Below are positions 26,261 through 37,210 of a DNA stretch of 64,000 nucleotides, piece after piece; positions within the stretch are counted from its first letter, which is position 1, and the number at the start of each line of letters is the position of its first letter. Source of the stretch: Myxococcota bacterium (GTDB lineage Bacteria > Myxococcota_A > UBA796 > SXON01); assembly GCA_040386535.1 (NCBI GenBank), contig JAZKFH010000003.1:1-64000 (forward strand), written 5' to 3'. The position numbers and the translations under genes are program-made. Below the pieces are notes generated by a model that ran no database searches, was not told the DNA's origin, and saw only the letters and a program-made list of their open reading frames with translations.

Positions 26261-27798
26261 GTGCTCGAGCCGGGCCGACAGGTAGGCAACTACCGCATCG
26301 AGCAGCTCGTCGGGCGCGGCGGGCAGGGCTTCGTGTACCGCGCCGTGCACGTGCAGCTCGGCACGATGCACGCGGTGAAGCTCCTCCTGCTCGAGCGCGG
26401 GCCGCTCCGCGAGCGCCTGCTGGACGAGGGCCGCATCCAGGCGCGGCTGCGCCACCCGAACCTCGTCCCCGTCACCGACGTGATCGAGGTGGACGGCGCG
26501 CTCGCGCTCGTGGCCGAGTTCGTGGCGGGCGTGCCGCTGGACGCGTGGGTGGCCGCCGAGAAGCCCACGCTCGACGTTCGCCTGGAGGTGTTCCGCGGGG
26601 TGTGCGCCGCCGTCGGCGCCGCGCACGGGGCGCGGGTGGTCCACCGCGACCTGAAGCCCGGGAACGTGCTCGTCGAGGTGGTGGACGGCCGGCCGATCGC
26701 CCGCGTGACCGACTTCGGCGTCGCGAAGCTCCTCGACCCGGTGCCCGGCCAGAGCGTCACCCTGCCCGGGCTCCCCGTCGGCACGCCCGGCTACATGGCG
26801 CCCGAGCAGCTCCGCGACGCCTCCTCGGTCGACGCCCGTGCGGACATCTTCGCGCTCGGGTGCCTGTTGTACGAGCTGGCGTGCGGCGCCCGCCCCTTCC
26901 CCGACACGAACCTCGCGGTCTACGCGGCCGCGCTCACGACGGGCGTCTTCATCCCGCCGGACGCCTGCATCGTGGGGCTCCCGCCGGAGGTAGGGGTGAC
27001 CGTGGCGGCGTGCCTCCGGGTCGACCCCGCGGCGCGTCCCGCCGACATCGCCGAGGTGCTAGCGCTTCTCGACGGCGCGCCGCCGCGCGAAGTTCCGACC
27101 CCCACGCACGTCGCCCCGATGGGCCCGCCGTCATCTCCCACCTACGCCGCCGCGTCGCTTCCGCCGGCGCCGGTCTCGGGCAGCGCCGCCCTCGCGACCC
27201 CCACCACGCGGGTCACCTTTCCGCCGTCGCTCCGGCCCCGGCGGCGCACCATGCGGTGGATCATCCTCGCGGGGGTGATCGTCGCGACCGCCGCATCGAC
27301 CGCGCTCGCGGTCACCGCGCTCGGGTGGGTCGCCCGGGACTACGTCGTGGCCGCGCCCGCCGCGCTCCCCGAGGCCACGCTCCCCGGGGCAGTCCTCCCC
27401 GGAGAGCCGGACGCCGGGGGGCCCACCGCGTCGGTGTCGATCGCATCCCCTCCCCCTGCGCTGCCCCCCGCTGCCGCGACGCCGCCCGTGACCGCCCCGT
27501 CGGCCACCGCCGCAGCCACGGCCGCGCCCACCGTTGCCCCCGCACCGTCCACCCCCGAGCCCCCAGCGCCGCGCACCGGGAAGGTCGTGTCCTCGGGGGA
27601 GGGCGAGATCGTGTCGTTGGAGAAGGACGGGCAGCAGTACGGGCCCGACGCGGTCCCGGTCGGGACCTACACCGTCTTCGCGAGTTTTCCGGGCGTGGAG
27701 GCCCTCGTGAAGACGGGCCTCGTCTCGATCCGCGCCGGCCAGACGACACGGTTCAAGTGTGACGCCCAGCAACAGCGGTGTGTACGCGAGGAGAGCCC

Positions 27799-27802
<4 letters not shown>
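26261..27802 (+). CDS. Serine/threonine protein kinase with TM helix and Pro/Ala-rich extracytoplasmic region
   Basis: GRGGQG, AVK, HRDLKPGN, DFG, GTPGYMAPEQ, DIFALG. Confidence 0.95.
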
Positions 27803-28365
<563 letters not shown>

Positions 28366-28389
28366 GCCAGGTCGGCGCCGCTCGGAGCG

Positions 28390-29379
28390 TCAGCTCCGGA
28401 ACACGTGCACCAGCCGCACCCGGACCGCGTGGTTCCGCCGCTCCAGGAACGAGGCGTCGAACCCCACTTCGAGCAGCTCCCGCCGAAGCCGGTGGAGCAA
28501 GACGTTCAAGTTGTTCGAGTCCATCCGTTGCGCCTCGCGGCCCCAGACGCCCATCGCGAGCTCCTCGTCGGCGAGCCACCCCTGCCGCGCGTCGGGCACC
28601 CGCGCCGCGCGATCGTCGAGGAGCCGCACGGCGAGCACGTAGAGGAGGACCGCGCGGTTCTCGGCGGACACCCGGTGGCTGACGCTCCGCGCGGGATCTT
28701 CCAGCACCGCCTCGGGGCCGGCCGGCCCGTCGAGCGACACCTGCAGCCGGTACGCGTCCGTCGGCGAGCGCTCCCCCACCGTCGGGACCGCGGGGCCCTT
28801 GGCGGGGAGGATCCGGAAGTGCCGCTCTCCGATCATGAACGCCACACCGGCCTTCGCCGGGCGCCGTTGGCCGTCCTCCATCTCGATCTCCGCGCCGTCT
28901 TCCACCGGGCGGACACCGAACCAGCCCACCCCCTCGAGCGGCAACGAGAGGTCCACGTCGGACCCCGTCCCCACGCGCAGCATGCCCTCGGGGACGGCGA
29001 CGGACGCACCCGTCTCCAGCACCTCGAGGCGCCAGGCCGGCGCGTCGATCCGCGTGAAGGGCGCCGTGCTCACCACCCGGAGGCGCGCGCGGCGGCCCAG
29101 GCGGAGGATCTGGCCGGGCTTGACCTCGCCGTCGCCGTCCAGCCGGGTATCGTCGATCCAGGTCCCGTTCGTGCTCGCGCGATCCTGGACGCGAATCGTG
29201 CCGCGCTCGAGCCACACGGTCGCGTGGTTCCAGGAGACCGTGTCCTCCGCGAGGACCAGCGCGTTCTCGGGCCCGCGCCCGATGTGCAGGGGCCGCTCGG
29301 CGAGCGGGACCCGCGGGTGCGCGGCGTACATCACGTCGCCCGGCTCCGGCAGAAGCTCCAGGTACAACGTCGAGGTCAT
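28390..29379 (-). CDS. FHA domain protein with possible C-terminal DNA-binding winged helix
   Basis: IGR...N.LVL...VSWNHA...DRASTNGTW; C-terminal VWG...NNLNVLLHRLRREL. Confidence 0.88.
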   Translation of the reverse strand: MTSTLYLELLPEPGDVMYAAHPRVPLAERPLHIGRGPENALVLAEDTVSWNHATVWLERGTIRVQDRASTNGTWIDDTRLDGDGEVKPGQILRLGRRARLRVVSTAPFTRIDAPAWRLEVLETGASVAVPEGMLRVGTGSDVDLSLPLEGVGWFGVRPVEDGAEIEMEDGQRRPAKAGVAFMIGERHFRILPAKGPAVPTVGERSPTDAYRLQVSLDGPAGPEAVLEDPARSVSHRVSAENRAVLLYVLAVRLLDDRAARVPDARQGWLADEELAMGVWGREAQRMDSNNLNVLLHRLRRELLEVGFDASFLERRNHAVRVRLVHVFRS

Positions 29380-29516
29380 CGGAGGCTCACGATGAGGACG
29401 AGCGGCCGGCGGCGCGCGGAGGTCGTGCACATGGCGACCGGTTTAGCCCGATATCGGAGCGTTCGGGAGAAATGCTCCCGTCGCCCTACGTCGTGCCCGC
29501 TCGGGGTAGCGCCCGC

Positions 29517-29621
29517 CTACCAGCCGAACGCCAACCGGGCGGCCTCCACCACGATCACGAGGGCGGTGAGCCCCAACACGCCAAGCGACACCATCATCAA
29601 CGAGCCCGGGATCGACGACAT
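29517..29621 (-). CDS. Candidate 34-aa single-TM small protein
   Basis: MSSIPGSLMMVSLGVLGLTALVIVVEAARLAFGW; GAGGG RBS. Confidence 0.4.
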   Translation of the reverse strand: MSSIPGSLMMVSLGVLGLTALVIVVEAARLAFGW

Positions 29622-29771
29622 GAAGCCCTCATTGGGGCGGATCCTTGCACCCGTGGCCGGCGGAGCAAGCGCGAGCGGCTCACGAGAATGTCTACCAACG
29701 AACCTGACAGACGCCAGGCTCGGCGAGAAACGTCCGCGGCGTGCTCCCCCGCCGCGTGCTACGTTCGCGCC

Positions 29772-30164
29772 GTGCATCTCGCCCGCCTGCTGCTGCGCGC
29801 CCCGCTCGCCTTCGGCGTGTTGGTGGTGTGGCTGCTCGCTACGTTCTCGACGAACATCCACCTCGCCACGGCCCAGCACATGGTGTGCCCCGAACACGGC
29901 GAGGTGGTGGATGCGCGCGCGTCTGTAGGATCGGCGGACGAGCATGACGAGGACCGGGTCCCGACCCTGTCCGCCGCCCCGACCGACGCCCACCACGACG
30001 GCTGCTCCCTGCCGCCGCTCGGCTCGGTCACCCCGCCGAACCCCGTGTTCCTCGACCTCCCCGACGCCGTCCCCACCGCGCTCCCCGTCGCGACGCCCCG
30101 CACCGGCGGATGGGCCCGCTGCGCGTTGAGCTTCGCCCCGAAGACCTCTCCGCCACAGGCGTGA
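29772..30164 (+). CDS. DUF2946-like His/Cys-rich leader protein ending APKTSPP
   Basis: N-terminal hydrophobic segment; H..H.VCPEHGE and HHDGC; C-terminal PKTSPP; first gene of a metal uptake operon. Confidence 0.7.
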   Translation: MHLARLLLRAPLAFGVLVVWLLATFSTNIHLATAQHMVCPEHGEVVDARASVGSADEHDEDRVPTLSAAPTDAHHDGCSLPPLGSVTPPNPVFLDLPDAVPTALPVATPRTGGWARCALSFAPKTSPPQA

Positions 30165-30259
30165 GGTCCAGGTGACGGTCGTCCGTGCGCGCCCCGAGCG
30201 CGTGCGGACTCCTGCTGTGCACGCGCTGCACGGCCCACCTCTGCGGGGAGGTATTACCC

Positions 30260-31396
30260 GTGATCATCCTGCCTCTATTGGCGGCTCGCCTCGCGATGGC
30301 CGAGGAACCGCCCACGCCTGCCTTCTCCCTCCAGAGCCTCAACCCCGACATCGCCTTCATCGGTGACGTGGCGTTCGCGTATTTCTCGGCCGACGAGCCC
30401 CTCATGTCCGGCGGCCACGATCCGCAGGCCAACGGGTTCACGCTCCAGCAGCTCGAGATGTCGGTCAGCAAGTCGGTCGACCCCTACTTCCGCTTCGACT
30501 CGAACATCGTGTTCAGCCTGTACGGCGTCGAGATCGAGGAGATGTACGCCACCACGCTCGCGCTCCCGGGGCGCTTCCAGGTGCGCGCGGGCCAGTTCCT
30601 GACGCGCTTCGGGCGCATCAACAACACGCATCCGCACAGTTGGGACTTCGTCGATCAGACCTTCGTGATCGGGCGTGTGTTCGGCGGCGAGGGCAACCGA
30701 GGGCTGGGCGTCGAGGCCTCCTGGCTCGCACCGACGCCCTGGTTCGTCGAGGTCGTCGGCTCGGCGACCAGCGCGGCCGGCGAGTCCACCGCGCGGAGCT
30801 TCTACGGCGCCGACGACCAGGGGTTCGAGACGCCCCTCGATCTGCAGGCCACCCTCGCGGTGAAGCAGTTCTTCCCGCTCTCGCAGGACCTCTCGCTCGC
30901 GTGGGGCCTGTCCGGCGCGTTCGGGCCCAACCCCAGCGGGCTCGGCAACCGCACCGAGGTGTACGGCACGGACGTGTACCTCAAGTACCGCCCGATCTCC
31001 CGGGCGACAGACCCGCAGGCCACCGTCGGCACGGTCGCGCTCCAGACCGAGTGGCTCTACCGGCGGCGGCAGGTCCCCGGCGACGTGTGGAGCGACATCA
31101 ACGGGTACACGCAGCTCTCCTGGCGCTTCTCCCCGCGGTGGGGCGCGGCGGGCCGCTACGAGCTGGGCACGCCGGCCACGGGGCTGGATGGGGCCGTGAT
31201 CGACGACACGCTCGACCCCGCGTGGAGCGTGGCTCGCCACCGCGCCGCGGCCGCGCTCACGTTCTGGCCGACCGAATTCTCCCGCCTGCGCGTGCAGGCC
31301 GGGGCCGACCTCGCCGGGTGGCGCGACCGACCGGACTGGTCGGCGCTCGCGGCCCTCGAAATCAACGTCGGGGCGCACGGCGCCCACGCCTTCTGA
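30260..31396 (+). CDS. Outer-membrane beta-barrel of a zinc uptake operon
   Basis: Signal peptide; GGHDP, SVDPYF, FGRINNTHPHSWDFVD and terminal GAHGAHAF. Confidence 0.85.
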   Translation: MIILPLLAARLAMAEEPPTPAFSLQSLNPDIAFIGDVAFAYFSADEPLMSGGHDPQANGFTLQQLEMSVSKSVDPYFRFDSNIVFSLYGVEIEEMYATTLALPGRFQVRAGQFLTRFGRINNTHPHSWDFVDQTFVIGRVFGGEGNRGLGVEASWLAPTPWFVEVVGSATSAAGESTARSFYGADDQGFETPLDLQATLAVKQFFPLSQDLSLAWGLSGAFGPNPSGLGNRTEVYGTDVYLKYRPISRATDPQATVGTVALQTEWLYRRRQVPGDVWSDINGYTQLSWRFSPRWGAAGRYELGTPATGLDGAVIDDTLDPAWSVARHRAAAALTFWPTEFSRLRVQAGADLAGWRDRPDWSALAALEINVGAHGAHAF

Positions 31397-31407
31397 GGAT
31401 GCAATCC

Positions 31408-32303
<896 letters not shown>

Positions 32304-32307
<4 letters not shown>

Positions 32308-33089
32308 CGCTGCTCCTCGTCCTCGCGGCGTGCACCTTCGCGCCCGGCCATGGCTTCGGCGCGCTCGACGAGGCCACGCTCGACGCGGCGTGGGTGCCGG
32401 GCGAGGGCCGGGACCTCGGCGGAGACACCGTCCTGACCGACCTCGGGTACGAGGTGCACCTCGACACGTTCACGCTCGGGCTGGTCGACGCGCGCCTCCT
32501 GGAGCTCTCCGGCGGCGGGCCCTCCACGTTCGACCCGGCGAACCCGCCCGAGGGCTACGGCTTGTGTCACGGGGGGCATTGCCACCGGGACGACGGTGCG
32601 CTCATCGCCTACGCCGACATCGAGGCCGAGCTCGCGGGGAGCGACGCGAGCTTCGTCGCGGTCACGACGCTCCCCATCGACGCCGAGGTCGATCTGCTCG
32701 CCGGGGCCTCGCTCGATCTATCGCCGCCCGACGCGGACCTTCCCGGCGCGGACGTGAGCAAGATCGAGGTGGGGCTGACCGGCTTCACCCTGGTCGGCAC
32801 GGTGGCCGACCGCGACGGGTGGGCCGCGCCGTTCACCGTCACCCTCCCGACGGACGCCGCGTTGTCTGCCGGGCTGGAGCTCCCCCTCGACCGCGCGCAC
32901 CCGCCCGCCATCTCGCTCGCCCTCGCCATCGAGCCCGGCGGCACCCTCTTCGACGGCCTCGACTTCGCGCTCCTCGCCGATGAGGACGGTGTCGTGCTCG
33001 ACGACATCGCCGATCCCGGCGCATCCTCCCTGCTCGCCGCGCTGCTCGCGGTCGAGCCCACGTCCCTCGTCACCCGTTCCCCCTGGTAG
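32304..33089 (+). CDS. Putative metal-binding lipoprotein (CHGGHCH motif)
   Basis: LAAC lipobox; PPEGYGLCHGGHCH. Confidence 0.82.
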
Positions 33090-33097
33090 GAGACCCC

Positions 33098-33559
33098 ATG
33101 CTGCTGTTCCTCTCGTTGTTCGCCTGCGCCGGCTCGAAAGAGGTCGAAGATCCCTCCGCGCACGCGTGCGAGCACATCGCCGAGTCCGAAGCCACGCTCC
33201 CCGGCGGCAACTCGACGGGCAACGCCGTCGTCATCCCCATGGACGGCGAGCCCTACACCGTGACGCTGCAGGACTCGATCCCGTCGTACCTCTCGGTCCA
33301 GATCGACGCGGACACCCCCGCCCTCCTCTTCGCGGGCACCGCCGACGTCGTGTCGGGGCTCTACAACGGCGACGAGGCCGTGACGCTCCCCGAGCCCGCC
33401 CCGAACGCGGACTGCCCGGAGGACATCCCCGAACACTTCGATCTCGAATTCGACACGGTCGGCACCTGGTACATCCAGCTCGGCCCCGCCGCGGTCACCG
33501 AGGTCTGGCTCTCGCTCGCCCCGGCCGAGGGCCACGCCCACGACGAAGGCGAAGAGTGA
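33098..33559 (+). CDS. Putative metal-binding lipoprotein
   Basis: LFAC lipobox; HACEH, CPEDIPEH and HAH tail; AGGAG RBS. Confidence 0.82.
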   Translation: MLLFLSLFACAGSKEVEDPSAHACEHIAESEATLPGGNSTGNAVVIPMDGEPYTVTLQDSIPSYLSVQIDADTPALLFAGTADVVSGLYNGDEAVTLPEPAPNADCPEDIPEHFDLEFDTVGTWYIQLGPAAVTEVWLSLAPAEGHAHDEGEE

Positions 33560-34266
33560 CCGACTCCCCGCTCGCATGTGAGGCGCTCGTCGTCGGCTAC
33601 GGCGGACGCGCGCTCCTCCCGCCCATCACGGTGGCGTTCGGGCGGGGCGAGTTCTGGGCCGTCGTCGGCCGCAACGGTTCTGGCAAGACGACGTGGTTCA
33701 AGACCATGCTCGGCCTGATGCGGCCGCTGTCGGGACAGGTGAGCGCCCAGGGCGCGCGGCTGTCCTACGTGCCCCAACGCACCGGGTACGACGATCTGTG
33801 GCCGGTGACCGCGGGCGACGTGGTCGCGATGGGGCTCGAACGGGGAGGCTCGTTCTTCCGACCCGGCCCGCGCCTTGGCGTGGCGGACGCGCTCGCTGCG
33901 GTCGGCGCCACGGAGCTCGGCGGGCGGCCCTTCCGCGCCTTGTCGGAGGGCCAGAAGCAGCGCGTGCTGCTGGCGCGCGTCGTAGCCTCCCGCGCGGACG
34001 TGGTGTTCCTCGACGAGCCCACGGCCGCGATGGACTCGGTCGCCGAGGAGGAGGCGCTCACGCTCCTCGATGACGTGCGCAAGCGCTTCGGCACCACCAT
34101 CGTCGTCGTGAGCCACTTTCTGGGTGTCGCCCGGGAGCACGCCGATCGCGTGCTGTTCGTGGACCGCCCCGCGCAGGCCGTGGTTGTCGGCACCCCCGAC
34201 GACGTGTTCACCCACCCCATCTTCCAGTCGCGCTACGGTCGGCTCGCGGAGCCCGCCCATGCCTGA
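33556..34266 (+). CDS. Metal ABC transporter ATP-binding protein (ZnuC-like)
   Basis: GRNGSGKT, YVPQ, LSEGQKQR, LDEP; GTG start coupled to upstream stop. Confidence 0.93.
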   Translation: MTDSPLACEALVVGYGGRALLPPITVAFGRGEFWAVVGRNGSGKTTWFKTMLGLMRPLSGQVSAQGARLSYVPQRTGYDDLWPVTAGDVVAMGLERGGSFFRPGPRLGVADALAAVGATELGGRPFRALSEGQKQRVLLARVVASRADVVFLDEPTAAMDSVAEEEALTLLDDVRKRFGTTIVVVSHFLGVAREHADRVLFVDRPAQAVVVGTPDDVFTHPIFQSRYGRLAEPAHA

Positions 34267-35107
34267 GGCCACCCTCGGTTGGGCCGACTTCTTCGGCGCG
34301 TGGGAGATCTTCCGCGATCCCGTGCTGTGCGGGATCTTCGCGGGGGCGGCGCTGGGCGTGCTCGGCGTCTACATCGTGCTGCGGCGCGTGGTGTTCATGG
34401 CCGCGGTGCTGAGCCAGTCCGCGGGCCTCGGCGTGGCGCTCGCGTTCTGGGTCGGCATGCAGCTCGATCGCGACGTGGAGCCCATGCTCGGCGCCGTGCT
34501 GCTCTGCTTCGTCGCGACCCTGCTGGTGACCGTGCGGCCGGAGCGCGTGCACCTGTCCCGCGAGGCGCTCCTCGGGACCGCCTGGGTGGGCGCGGGGGCG
34601 GCCGCGCTGGTCGTCGGCGAGGCCATCAGCGTCGAGGCGCACGACATCAGCTCGATCCTCTTCGGATCGGCGGTGCTCGTGCGTCCCGTCGATCTCCAGC
34701 TCGTCACCGTGGCCGCCGCGCTGACGCTCGTGGCCCACGGCTGGTTGCGCCGGGGGCTGGTGTTCGCCGCCTTCGATCCCGACGTGGCGCGCGTACAGGG
34801 CCTCCCGGTGACCCGGCTGGACCTGGTGTTGTGGCTGGTCGTGGCGCTCACCGTGTCGGTCTCGACGCGGGCGCTCGGGGCGCTGCCGGTGTTCGCCCTC
34901 TCCGTGCTGCCCGCGCTCGCGGGGCTCCTGGCGACCTCCAGCCTGACGTGGGTGTTCCCGACCGCGCTCCTCGTGGGGATGTTGTCGGGCGGGCTCGGCT
35001 ACGTCCTGGCGTTCTTCGAGTCGTGGCCGGTCGGCGCGTCGCAGACGCTCGTGGCGCTGGGGTTCGTCGCGGTGGCGGGGGTGATGCGGATGTTGCGGCG
35101 GGGGTGA
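34259..35107 (+). CDS. Metal ABC transporter permease (ZnuB-like)
   Basis: LGVYIVLRRVVF, ILFGS, FDPDVARVQG; multi-TM. Confidence 0.93.
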   Translation: MPEATLGWADFFGAWEIFRDPVLCGIFAGAALGVLGVYIVLRRVVFMAAVLSQSAGLGVALAFWVGMQLDRDVEPMLGAVLLCFVATLLVTVRPERVHLSREALLGTAWVGAGAAALVVGEAISVEAHDISSILFGSAVLVRPVDLQLVTVAAALTLVAHGWLRRGLVFAAFDPDVARVQGLPVTRLDLVLWLVVALTVSVSTRALGALPVFALSVLPALAGLLATSSLTWVFPTALLVGMLSGGLGYVLAFFESWPVGASQTLVALGFVAVAGVMRMLRRG

Positions 35108-35111
35108 CCGG

Positions 35112-37067
35112 TCAGTCGCTCATCAGGTAGATGTTGGGCCGCACGTCGTCCTCCGGCGTGTTGCGCCAGTGCTTGAGCAGGATCTGGTACACCAGGATCC
35201 CCGTCTCGCCCTCGCCCCAGAGGAGGTAGCGGAAGGCCTGGTTCATCGGGTTCTCGCGGGTCAGGCCGAGCACGATGCTGATGGGATCGAGCTCCTCGGA
35301 GAGGTAGGCGATCGTGTTCGCCACGGCGACCGCGTTGTACACGGTGACCCGGTAGTCCTCGCCGAGGCGCTGCACCCGGAGTTGGACCGGCGTGTCGAAT
35401 TGGCTCCGGTCCTTGGCCAGCTCGACGTGCAGGAACGCAATCGGTCCTCTGAGCGCGTAGTGGCGCCGCAGACGCGCCTTCACGTGCGCGTACACGGTGT
35501 CGGCGTGCTTGATCGTGACGAAGTTGACCTTTCCGGGCCGCATCTCCGACCAGAGCTGCTTCGACTCCGGGTTCACGAACTCGAGGCGCTCCACGCGGAG
35601 CTCGGTGGCCCGCCGGAAGCGCGACACCCCGCCGAGCAGCACGATGGCGCCGATGAAGATCGAGGAGATGATGAGCCCGTCCGGGCGCTCGATCACGTTG
35701 TCGACGAGGGTGAAGGCGAACACCGCGGAGATGGCGGCGAACGGGAGCGCGCGCCACGGCGCGACCCGCTCGGCACGGGCCTCCTGCCGGAGCGCCAACG
35801 TCACGGCCACCGCGGCCGAGAGCATGAGCGCGAGCACGCCGGTGGCGTACGCGCCGCCCTGGGCCTCTACGTCCGCGTCGAACACCCAGGTGACGACGAC
35901 ATCGATCGCGAAGAGCAGCAGGATCAGCGGGCGCGAGTAGCTGACCCAGTGGGGTGCCATGCCGAACCGCGGGAGGTAGCGCGGGATGAGCGTCAGGAGC
36001 GCGGCCATGGCGGAGGCGCCCGCGAACCAGAGGATGAGGATGGTGGACGCGTCGTAGATCGTGCCGAACACGTCCCCGAAATACGTGTGGGCGAGCCACG
36101 CGAGCGCGCGTCCGGAGGCCTCGCCCCCCTCGCGCCACTCCGCCTCGGGGATGAGCACGGTCGTGGAGACGCTCGATCCGATGAGCAGGGCGCTCATGAT
36201 GAGCGCGGCGGCCGTGAGCATACGCTGGGTGGCCCGGATCCGGCCGGCGGGAGGCCCCTCGGGCGCGCCAGTAGGAACCGCAGGATCCGGAGGGGTGCCC
36301 TCCACCAGCGGCATCACGGTCACGCCGGTCTCGAAGCCGGACAGGCCCAATGCCAGCTTGGGGAAGGCGAAGATCGAGGCGACGACGAGCCCGGTCACGC
36401 TCCCCCGCAGCTCCAGGGCTCGCTCCCAATTCACCAGTGCCTCGGGGTGGTGCGCCACCTCCCAGAGCGCACGCCCGACGACCACCGCGTTGAGCAACAG
36501 ATACGGGACAGCAATCCATGTCGCCAGGCCGATCGCCTCGCGAAAGCCGACGAGGAAGACGAGGGCGAGCAGCGCGAGCATGCCGATGGTCAGCCCCATC
36601 TCGTGGCCGTGCAACCAATGCTCGAGAAAAGGATTCTCCACCGCGTGGGTCGCTGCGTCCGCCGCGGAGAGGGTCATCGTGATGACAAAGTCGGTGGTTG
36701 CGAATCCCAGCAGCGCCAGCACGAAGAGCTTGCCAGGCCACCCCGGGAGCAGGTTCTCCAACATCGAAATGGAGCCGTGGCCGAGGTACGAGCGCTTTGC
36801 AACCTCGCGGTAGATCGGCAAGGCGCCGAACAACGTGACGAGCACGAGCACCGTCGTGGCCAACGGCGCGATGGCGCCCGCGGCCAGCAGGGCGATGCCG
36901 GGTTGGTAGCCGAGCGTCGAGAAGTAGTCGACGCCGGTGAGCCACAACACGCGGTACCACGGCCACGCGGGGTGCGGCCCCTGGTGCCCTTCGCTGCCAT
37001 GGCGGAGCCAACGGCCCAGGTTCGAGTCGCTCGGCGCGGGTTCGGGTGAGGGATGGACGCTGTGCAT
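35112..37067 (-). CDS. APC-superfamily transporter (amino-acid or K+ KimA-like)
   Basis: GVDYFSTLGY, LSGFETG and GGAYATG; about 12 TMs plus cytoplasmic C-terminal domain. Confidence 0.88.
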   Translation of the reverse strand: MHSVHPSPEPAPSDSNLGRWLRHGSEGHQGPHPAWPWYRVLWLTGVDYFSTLGYQPGIALLAAGAIAPLATTVLVLVTLFGALPIYREVAKRSYLGHGSISMLENLLPGWPGKLFVLALLGFATTDFVITMTLSAADAATHAVENPFLEHWLHGHEMGLTIGMLALLALVFLVGFREAIGLATWIAVPYLLLNAVVVGRALWEVAHHPEALVNWERALELRGSVTGLVVASIFAFPKLALGLSGFETGVTVMPLVEGTPPDPAVPTGAPEGPPAGRIRATQRMLTAAALIMSALLIGSSVSTTVLIPEAEWREGGEASGRALAWLAHTYFGDVFGTIYDASTILILWFAGASAMAALLTLIPRYLPRFGMAPHWVSYSRPLILLLFAIDVVVTWVFDADVEAQGGAYATGVLALMLSAAVAVTLALRQEARAERVAPWRALPFAAISAVFAFTLVDNVIERPDGLIISSIFIGAIVLLGGVSRFRRATELRVERLEFVNPESKQLWSEMRPGKVNFVTIKHADTVYAHVKARLRRHYALRGPIAFLHVELAKDRSQFDTPVQLRVQRLGEDYRVTVYNAVAVANTIAYLSEELDPISIVLGLTRENPMNQAFRYLLWGEGETGILVYQILLKHWRNTPEDDVRPNIYLMSD

Positions 37068-37133
37068 GGCGCGACGGCTAACGTGCGCCCCCAGGGGGCG
37101 CCTCGTGTATAAATCCGTTGAAACGCCGGCTTA

Positions 37134-37167
37134 TTGCATCCTGCAAGCATCGGATTGCAGATTGCAA
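37134..37167. promoter_or_regulatory. Tandem palindromic TTGCA-N3-TGCAA sites; candidate enhancer for a sigma54 activator
   Basis: TTGCATCCTGCAA at 37134-37146 and TTGCAGATTGCAA at 37155-37167, 21 bp apart. Confidence 0.7.
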
Positions 37168-37210
37168 GACCCTCGACGGTCCCCCCGGGCGTTTCGACGC
37201 CCGGCCCCGG

